In this document: piece after piece, positions 1 to 5,111 of the stretch
Layout of the letters: the number at the start of each line of letters is the position of its first letter
Numbering within the stretch: the first letter of the stretch is position 1
Source: an archaeon
Lineage (GTDB): Archaea > Iainarchaeota > Iainarchaeia > Iainarchaeales > CSSED10-239
Length of the DNA stretch: 6,187 bases
Direction of reading: 5' to 3'
Assembly (NCBI GenBank): GCA_037147375.1
Contig: JBAWVI010000057.1
Coordinates: forward strand, 1 to 6,187
Program-made: the position numbers and the translations under genes
Notes under the pieces: model-generated
What the model saw: the letters and a program-made list of their open reading frames with translations, nothing else
Databases searched by the model: none
Told to the model about the DNA's origin: nothing

Positions 1-2
1 TA

Positions 3-1496
3 ATGCTTGATGATTGGCATCCAGATATTTATAATTTTATTGATTCAAAAACAAAGAGTGGTGTTTTGGAACATGCAAACATTTCTATAAAAGTTTCAGA
101 TTCATTTATGGAAGCAGTCAAGAATAATGAAAATTGGAATTTTGAATTTCCAGATTATGAAAATCCAACCTATAAAGATATATATAATGAAGAATGGGAT
201 GGAGATTTAAAAGCTTGGAAAGAAAAAGGATATCCTGCAAAAGTTTATGGAACTGTAAAAGCAAAAGATATGTGGCTTAAAATAATTACATCTGCTTGGA
301 AAAGCGCAGAGCCTGGAATTGTTTTTATGGAGAGATATAATAAATTAAGTAATAGTTATTATTATAATAAAATAGTTGCAACAAACCCTTGCGGTGAGCA
401 AGGTCTTCCTGCATGGGGTGTTTGTAATTTAGGACACCTATATCTTGCTTCATTTGCAGATAAGATAGGAGTAGATGATATAGGTCCAGTCTATGAACTT
501 AATTGGGAAAAACTTAAAAAATCAGCAAGAGTGTTAACAAGATTTTTAGATAACGTTATTGATTTAACACCATACTTCTTTGAAGAAAATGAAAGATTAC
601 AAAAAGCAGAAAGAAGAATTGGTGGAGGAACTTTAGGACTTGCAGAATTATTAATTAGACTTAGAGTTAAATATGGAACCCCAGAAAGTTTAAAGCTTAT
701 TGATAAAATCTATGAAACAATAACAAGTGAAATGTATTTAACTTCATCTTTACTTGCTGAAGAAAAAGGATTCTTCCCTAAATTTGATAAAGAAAAATAT
801 TTAAATGGTAAGTTTGTTAGAGAATTACCAAAAGAAGTTCTAGAAAAAATTAAAGAAAAAGGAATGAGAAATGTAACTCTTGTAACTCAAGCACCAACAG
901 GATCAACTGGAACTATGCTTGGAACATCAACAGGAATAGAACCTTATTTTGCATTTAAATTTTATAGACAATCAAGACTTGGTTTCCATGAAGTAAATAT
1001 TCCTTTAGCACAAGATTATGAAAAAGATGGAGTTCTTCCTGATTTTTTTGTATCTGCAATGGATTTAAGTCCTGATGATCACATTAAAGTTCAAGCATCA
1101 ATACAGAAATGGACAGATTCATCAATTAGTAAGACTGCAAATGTTCCTGCAAATTTCACAATTGAACAAACAGGAGAATTATATCTTAAAGCATATGATC
1201 TTGGTTGTAAAGGAGTAACAATCTATCGTGATTCATCAAGAGATGAACAAGTTCTTTCAACAGATAAAAATCAAGAAAAAAGAAATGAAGATTCAACAAA
1301 GAAACAACAAGATGCAAAGCTTAAGAAAGGAAATCCGCAAGAAAAAGAAAAAGTTCCAGATAAAGATGTAACTTATGGAGCAGATGCAGGAAATACTTGT
1401 CCTAACTGCAAGACTGGAATTATGATTAAGATTGGTGGATGCACAGAATGTTCACAAGGATGTGGATTTAAAGGTTCTTGTGATCTTAAAACATAA
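3..1496 (+). CDS. nrdJ: Class II (adenosylcobalamin-dependent) ribonucleotide reductase, C-terminal 497 aa; the 5' end lies upstream of the window
   Basis: The frame is open from the window edge, and the ATG at 3 is internal because LDDWHPDIYNFI is a mid-protein RNR motif. The active-site loop TNPCGEQ (Cys codon 390-392) is followed by CNLG, then QAPTGS, ISKTANVP and TIYRDSSR, which form the conserved core of NrdJ-type RNRs. The protein ends with a K/E-rich linker and a Cys-rich tail CPNC-x10-CTEC-x3-C-x5-C (1398-1481). The stop is TAA at 1494-1496. Confidence 0.9.
   Translation: MLDDWHPDIYNFIDSKTKSGVLEHANISIKVSDSFMEAVKNNENWNFEFPDYENPTYKDIYNEEWDGDLKAWKEKGYPAKVYGTVKAKDMWLKIITSAWKSAEPGIVFMERYNKLSNSYYYNKIVATNPCGEQGLPAWGVCNLGHLYLASFADKIGVDDIGPVYELNWEKLKKSARVLTRFLDNVIDLTPYFFEENERLQKAERRIGGGTLGLAELLIRLRVKYGTPESLKLIDKIYETITSEMYLTSSLLAEEKGFFPKFDKEKYLNGKFVRELPKEVLEKIKEKGMRNVTLVTQAPTGSTGTMLGTSTGIEPYFAFKFYRQSRLGFHEVNIPLAQDYEKDGVLPDFFVSAMDLSPDDHIKVQASIQKWTDSSISKTANVPANFTIEQTGELYLKAYDLGCKGVTIYRDSSRDEQVLSTDKNQEKRNEDSTKKQQDAKLKKGNPQEKEKVPDKDVTYGADAGNTCPNCKTGIMIKIGGCTECSQGCGFKGSCDLKT
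1398..1481 (+). other. Cys-rich C-terminal zinc-finger-like tail of NrdJ
   Basis: CPNCKTGIMIKIGGCTECSQGCGFKGSC contains six Cys within the last ~30 residues. It is separated from the catalytic core by a K/E/Q-rich linker (about 1260-1397). Confidence 0.7.
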
Positions 1497-1510
1497 ATTT
1501 GGGATTTAAT

Positions 1511-1948
1511 ATGATTAAAGTAAAAAGATTAACAGAAAGCGCTAAGCTTCCAGAAAAAGCACATGAAACAGATGCTGGATTTGATTTATTTTCAGATATT
1601 GATTTAATTATTCCTCCAAAATCAAGAGGAACAATATCAACTGGAATTACTATGATTCTTCCAGAAATACCATACCCTACTTTTAATACTTATTTGAGAA
1701 TCGCCCCTAGAAGTGGACTTGCTGCAAAGAAAGGAATAGATGTTTTTGCAGGAGTAATTGATTTAGAATATAGAGGAGAACTTCTTGTTTGTCTTTTCAA
1801 TTCAAGCGATGAGCCTTTCGAAGTTAAGAAAGGAGATAAGATTGCTCAAATAATTCCAACAATAATTTTAAATGATAAAATTCAAGAAGTAAGTGAGATA
1901 GATGAAACAGAAAGAGGAGCAAAAGGTTTTGGCTCATCTGGTAAATGA
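1511..1948 (+). CDS. dut: Homotrimeric-type dUTP pyrophosphatase (dUTPase), 145 aa from ATG 1511
   Basis: All five classical Dut motifs are present: DAGFDL, IAPRSGLA, GVIDLEYRGEL, KGDKIAQ and a C-terminal RGAKGFGSSG. The N-terminus MIKVKRL...AKLPEKAHETDAGFDL is typical of the family if translation starts at ATG 1511. The track's TTG at 1499 only adds MGFN. The stop is TGA at 1946-1948. The gene lies 14 nt after the nrdJ stop, so co-transcription is likely. Confidence 0.9.
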   Translation: MIKVKRLTESAKLPEKAHETDAGFDLFSDIDLIIPPKSRGTISTGITMILPEIPYPTFNTYLRIAPRSGLAAKKGIDVFAGVIDLEYRGELLVCLFNSSDEPFEVKKGDKIAQIIPTIILNDKIQEVSEIDETERGAKGFGSSGK

Positions 1949-1956
1949 TTTATTTC

Positions 1957-1977
1957 TTGTTATATTTGTTGGACACT
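1957..1977 (+). repeat. Copy 1 of the 21-nt repeat TTGTTATATTTGTTGGACACT, 8 nt after the dut stop and 140 nt before the KaiC-like ATG
   Basis: It is the exact reverse complement of 5079-5099, checked base by base. It contains the TATA-like TTATATTT at 1960-1967. Confidence 0.95.
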
Positions 1978-2002
1978 TAAATTCTAATATTTAATAACTT
2001 AG

Positions 2003-2047
2003 TTTTTATTACTTTTATTGATTTTAATCATAAATAAACCCATTTTT
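2003..2047 (+). terminator. Oligo-T tracts downstream of dut, candidate archaeal termination signals for nrdJ-dut
   Basis: T5 at 2003-2007, T4 at 2013-2016, T4 at 2022-2025 and T5 at 2043-2047 lie on the sense strand 55-100 nt after the dut stop. Archaeal RNAP terminates at oligo-T runs. Confidence 0.3.
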
Positions 2048-2061
2048 AAGCCTAATTTACC

Positions 2062-2081
2062 ATATATTATATATATATATT
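2062..2081 (+). promoter_or_regulatory. TATA-like (TA)n tract, candidate archaeal TATA box for the KaiC-like gene
   Basis: ATATATTATATATATATATT lies 37-56 nt upstream of ATG 2118. A start site about 25 nt downstream of the tract would sit just before the SD. The exact box cannot be placed inside the run. Confidence 0.45.
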
Positions 2082-2103
2082 AAACTTAGAAATCAAGTTA
2101 AAT

Positions 2104-2109
2104 GAGGTG
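2104..2109 (+). promoter_or_regulatory. Shine-Dalgarno-like ribosome-binding site for the KaiC-like gene
   Basis: GAGGTG lies 8 nt upstream of ATG 2118 and is complementary to the conserved CCUCC-containing 3' end of 16S rRNA. Confidence 0.7.
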
Positions 2110-2117
2110 TATAAATT

Positions 2118-2822
2118 ATGGAAAGAGTTCCAACAGGAGTAAAGGGTTTTGATGAATTAATCCAAGGAGGAGTTCCCAAAGGTTCAACTATTCTAGTATC
2201 AGGAGGAACTGGTTCTGGAAAAACAATTTTTGCAACAACTTTTATTTATGAGGGTGCAAGAAAGTTTGGAGAACCAGGTTTATTAGTTACTGTTGAAGAT
2301 AACTTAAGAAACTTTGTTTGGAATATGGAAAATTTTGGATGGGATATCAAATCTCTTGAAGAAAATAATTTAATGAAAATATACAGGATGCATATTGATC
2401 CTAGAAAACCAGTAGAACCACAAATAGATAAAGAATTAGATATAATCACATCAATGGTTAAAGATCTTGGAGCAGTTAGACTTGCTGTTGATTCAACAAC
2501 TGCATTCGGTGCTTGGATGTCTGATATTGGAAAGCTTAGAAATCTTTTATTTAGATTTTCAGATACTTTAAAAGATTTAAATTGTACAACAGTTCTTACT
2601 GCAGAAACAAATGGAAAAGATTTCTCCGCATATGGTGTTGAGGAATTTGTTGTTGATGGAATTTTTATGATGTACTTTATTCCTCCAAACAGATCAATGT
2701 TTGTTAGAAAATTAAGAGGAACAAGACATTCATTAACAGTTCATCCATGTCAGATTACATCTACAGGAATAGAAGTAAATAGTAAAGACGAAATCATGTG
2801 GTCAGCAATAAAGCAATATTAG
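2118..2822 (+). CDS. Single-domain KaiC-like / RecA-superfamily ATPase (COG0467-type), 234 aa
   Basis: The N-terminus has the RPTGVxGFDELIxGG pattern (ERVPTGVKGFDELIQGGVPKGSTILVSG). Walker A is GGTGSGKT (2202-2225). An acidic residue follows the strand LLVTVED, Walker B-like is VRLAVDS, then VLTAE and the KaiC-family RKLRGTRHS motif. ATG 2118 is preceded by GAGGTG at 2104-2109. The stop is TAG at 2820-2822. Confidence 0.8.
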   Translation: MERVPTGVKGFDELIQGGVPKGSTILVSGGTGSGKTIFATTFIYEGARKFGEPGLLVTVEDNLRNFVWNMENFGWDIKSLEENNLMKIYRMHIDPRKPVEPQIDKELDIITSMVKDLGAVRLAVDSTTAFGAWMSDIGKLRNLLFRFSDTLKDLNCTTVLTAETNGKDFSAYGVEEFVVDGIFMMYFIPPNRSMFVRKLRGTRHSLTVHPCQITSTGIEVNSKDEIMWSAIKQY

Positions 2823-2828
2823 AATTAG

Positions 2829-2863
2829 TTTTTTTGTTTAAGGAATTTAATTTAATTCCTTAA
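2829..2863. terminator. Shared terminator region between the convergent KaiC-like and Cdc48 genes: a T7 tract plus a perfect 10-bp hairpin
   Basis: TTTTTTT at 2829-2835 lies 6 nt after the KaiC-like TAG. The arms TTAAGGAATT (2838-2847) and AATTCCTTAA (2854-2863) are exact reverse complements around a 6-nt loop. The right arm contains the cdc48 stop codon (2860-2862). The whole intergenic gap is 37 nt. Confidence 0.6.
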
Positions 2864-5061
2864 GCAATTCCTTTATCTGATTGTGTTTTTCCTTTCTTTT
2901 TTTCTTCTTTTTTCTCTTTTTCAATTTCCATAATCTTATCTATTGCATTATTGAAATCTTCTTTTGTTATTCTAATCTCTGATTTATCTTTTTTATGTTC
3001 TTCAATGATTGCTCTTCTTATTGCCATCATCCCAGCTTCTCTTGCAATTGCTTCAATATCAGCCCCACTTGTGCCTTCTGTTCTTTTTGCAAGCTCTTTT
3101 GGAGTAATTTTATTATCTATTTTCATTTTCTTTAAATAAACTTCAAATATTTTTTCTCTAGAATTAATGTCTGGAAGAGGAATGTACATTTTAATATCAA
3201 ATCTTCCTGGTCTTAGGAATGCTTGATCAATAATATCAACCCTATTTGTTGCTCCAATAATTACAATATCTTTTAGATTAGATATTCCATCCATCTCAGT
3301 TAATATTTGTGCAACTACATTATTTTGTACACCGCTTGACATGTCGTTACTTGTTCTTGTGCTTGTTATTGCATCAATTTCATCAAAAAATATTATTGAT
3401 GGAGCAAGCTGTCTTGCTTTTTTAAATAATTCTCTAATCTTCTTTTCTGATTCTCCAACCCACTTATTAAAAACCTCCGGACCTTTAACTGAAATAAAAT
3501 TTGCATTTGATTCTGTAGCAACAGCTTTTGCAAGGAATGTTTTTCCTGTTCCTGGAGGACCATAAAGAAGTATTCCTTTTGGAGCATCAATCCCAACTTC
3601 TTTAAATAAATTTTTATGTTTTAGTGGCCATTCAATCATTTCTTTTAATTGTTGTTTTTGTTCTTCAAGTCCACCTATGTCAGTCCAATAAACGTTTGGT
3701 ATTTGAACCATTACCTCTCTAATTGCACTTGGTTCAACAACATTTAATGCATCAAGAAAATCTTCATGAGTAATTACAAGCTCATCAAGTAATTCTCTAG
3801 ATAGATGTTTGCTTGATTCTTTACTAATCTTTGGCATTAATCTTTTAATTGCTTTAAGTGCAGCTTCTTTACATAATGCATTTAAGTCTGCTCCTGAAAA
3901 ACCATTTGTTAAATCTACAATTTCATTTAAGTTTACATTTACAAGAGGCATACCTCTAATATGCACTTGCAATATTTCTGTTCTTCCTAATCTATCAGGA
4001 ATACTTATTTCAAGTTCTCTATCAAATCTTCCAGGTCTTCTAAGTGCTGGATCAACTGCTTCTGGTATGTTTGTTGCACCAATTACAACAACATCTCCAC
4101 GATTACTCATTCCATCCATTAATGTTAAAAGTTGAGCAACAATTCTTTTTTCAGTTTCACCATGAATGTTTTCTCTTCTTGGTGCGATTGCATCAATTTC
4201 ATCAATAAAAATAATTGCTGGTGCTTTTTCTTCTGCTTCTTTAAATATATTTCTTAAATTTTCTTCAGATTTTCCATAAACTCCAGAAACTATTTCTGGT
4301 CCATTAATTGTTGTAAAGTAAGCATCTGTTTCCCCAGCTACTGCTTTTGCTAATAGTGTTTTTCCTGTTCCTGGAGGCCCATAAAGAAGAACTCCTTTAG
4401 GTGGAGAAATTCCAAGTTTTTTAAATATTTCTGGTCTTTTAATTGGTAACTCAACCATTTCTCTAATTGCTTCTATTTCTTTTTTAAGTCCACCAACATC
4501 ATCATAAGTTATGCTTATCTTATGTGCTTGTTCAGGTTCTTCAGAAACAACAAGCTTTGTGTCTTCTATTATTCTTACTGCACCTTTAGGAATTGTTTTA
4601 GTAACTATTAATTGTAAATCCCTATAACCATCAGCTGTAAGAATTGGTAAACCAGGTATTTTAATCATATTATTTTCAATAATATTCTGATTAATTATTT
4701 TATCTTTAATATACCCAATAATATCTTGACTTAATTTTATTTTTTTATCTTTATCAATAACTGGTGAAAGATTAACTGTATTTGCTGCAAGAGGAATTAC
4801 TTTTTCAATATAAATATCTTCATCTATTCCTGCACCTATATTATATCTAATTAGTCCATCAATTCTAATTATGTTAAGCCCAGTATCTTCTATATTTCCT
4901 TTAATTGCATAAACTATAGCTGATTTAGTTCCATCAATCTTTAAAGTATCTCCTGCTGATAGCTTAAGCTTATCAAAAACAATTGGATCTATCTTTGCAA
5001 TACCTTTTCCAACATCTTTGATGTCATTTTCCTTAACAGTAAGAATTATTTTTTCTGTCAT
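2860..5061 (-). CDS. cdc48: Cdc48/VAT/p97-family AAA+ ATPase (N domain plus D1 and D2), 733 aa
   Basis: The N-terminal double-psi-barrel-like region is ILTVKE...GKGIAKIDP...LSAGDTLKIDG. There are two complete AAA modules. D1 has Walker A GPPGTGKT (4357-4380), Walker B IIFIDEID, GATN and RRPGRFDRE. D2 has Walker A GPPGTGKT (3538-3561), Walker B IIFFDEID, pore loop KWVGESE, GATN and LRPGRFD. The start is ATG at 5059-5061 and the stop is TAA at 2860-2862. Confidence 0.95.
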   Translation of the reverse strand: MTEKIILTVKENDIKDVGKGIAKIDPIVFDKLKLSAGDTLKIDGTKSAIVYAIKGNIEDTGLNIIRIDGLIRYNIGAGIDEDIYIEKVIPLAANTVNLSPVIDKDKKIKLSQDIIGYIKDKIINQNIIENNMIKIPGLPILTADGYRDLQLIVTKTIPKGAVRIIEDTKLVVSEEPEQAHKISITYDDVGGLKKEIEAIREMVELPIKRPEIFKKLGISPPKGVLLYGPPGTGKTLLAKAVAGETDAYFTTINGPEIVSGVYGKSEENLRNIFKEAEEKAPAIIFIDEIDAIAPRRENIHGETEKRIVAQLLTLMDGMSNRGDVVVIGATNIPEAVDPALRRPGRFDRELEISIPDRLGRTEILQVHIRGMPLVNVNLNEIVDLTNGFSGADLNALCKEAALKAIKRLMPKISKESSKHLSRELLDELVITHEDFLDALNVVEPSAIREVMVQIPNVYWTDIGGLEEQKQQLKEMIEWPLKHKNLFKEVGIDAPKGILLYGPPGTGKTFLAKAVATESNANFISVKGPEVFNKWVGESEKKIRELFKKARQLAPSIIFFDEIDAITSTRTSNDMSSGVQNNVVAQILTEMDGISNLKDIVIIGATNRVDIIDQAFLRPGRFDIKMYIPLPDINSREKIFEVYLKKMKIDNKITPKELAKRTEGTSGADIEAIAREAGMMAIRRAIIEEHKKDKSEIRITKEDFNNAIDKIMEIEKEKKEEKKKGKTQSDKGIA
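3538..3570 (-). repeat. Intragenic 33-nt direct repeat, D2 copy, encoding LLYGPPGTGKT
   Basis: TGTTTTTCCTGTTCCTGGAGGACCATAAAGAAG matches 4357-4389 at 32/33 positions. The single difference is 3559 a versus 4378 c, which is synonymous (Gly). Confidence 0.9.
4357..4389 (-). repeat. Intragenic 33-nt direct repeat, D1 copy, encoding LLYGPPGTGKT
   Basis: This is the partner of 3538-3570. The repeat is explained by the paralogous Walker A segments of the two AAA modules plus strong codon bias. Confidence 0.9.
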
Positions 5062-5078
5062 AATAATTTACTCAACCT

Positions 5079-5099
5079 AGTGTCCAACAAATATAACAA
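5079..5099 (-). repeat. Copy 2 of the 21-nt repeat (reads TTGTTATATTTGTTGGACACT on the - strand), 17 nt upstream of the cdc48 ATG
   Basis: The + strand reads AGTGTCCAACAAATATAACAA. The match to copy 1 is exact over 21 nt and is 30/35 when extended over 5079-5113 versus 1943-1977, including a shared AAATGA. Confidence 0.95.
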
Positions 5100-5111
5100 A
5101 TAACTATTCAT

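Noticed and set aside
3-5. ATG at 3 as the nrdJ start
   Set aside because: The active-site NPCGE loop lies only about 128 residues in, and the HPDI..FI motif is at residue 6. Several hundred N-terminal residues of a class II RNR must lie upstream.
381-401. Possible inteins in nrdJ or cdc48, both frequent intein hosts in archaea
   Set aside because: The NPCGEQ loop of NrdJ and both GPPGTGKT P-loops of Cdc48 are uninterrupted. Neither protein shows an insertion with intein-like splice-junction blocks.
1499-1510. TTG at 1499 as the dut start (ORF-track N-terminus MGFNMIKV...)
   Set aside because: ATG 1511 gives the family-typical N-terminus MIKVKRL...AKLP. The TTG adds four residues with no support and lies 2 nt after the nrdJ stop. 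I cannot exclude it fully.
1855-1866. TCCAACAATAAT inside dut as a possible inverted partner of motif copy 1
   Set aside because: Only 8 contiguous matches (TCCAACAA) to the reverse motif, followed by mismatches. It lies in coding sequence (IPTIIL) and is too weak to separate from chance.
2246-2449. 67-aa ORF on the - strand inside the KaiC-like gene
   Set aside because: It is entirely antisense to a well-supported CDS, has a low-complexity hydrophobic translation with no recognisable motifs, and has no RBS or promoter context. It is a shadow ORF typical of AT-rich DNA.
4070-4080. Exact 11-mer TTTGTTGCACC shared between cdc48 (4070-4080) and the degenerate motif copy (5118-5128)
   Set aside because: Inside cdc48 it is simply the antisense of GGTGCAACAAA, which encodes the sensor-1 GATN. 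A similar string at 3243-3252 encodes the D2 GATN. An 11-mer match in AT-biased DNA is within chance expectation, so I do not treat it as an AAA gene relic.
2951-4135. Four track ORFs inside cdc48: 2951-3139 (+), 3341-3565 (+), 3809-4135 (+) and 3393-3596 (- strand, off-frame)
   Set aside because: All lie within the 733-aa Cdc48 CDS, whose frame carries complete AAA+ motifs. Their translations are I/L/S/F-rich mirror images of K/E-rich coding sequence and have no motifs of their own.
1949-5107. The 21-nt inverted repeats as terminal inverted repeats of a transposon carrying the KaiC-like and cdc48 genes
   Set aside because: I downgraded this reading but did not exclude it. There is no transposase, integrase or recombinase between the repeats. 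The outer flanks (TTTATTTC at 1949-1956 versus ATAACTAT at 5100-5107) are not a direct target-site duplication. The cargo is two core housekeeping-type genes.
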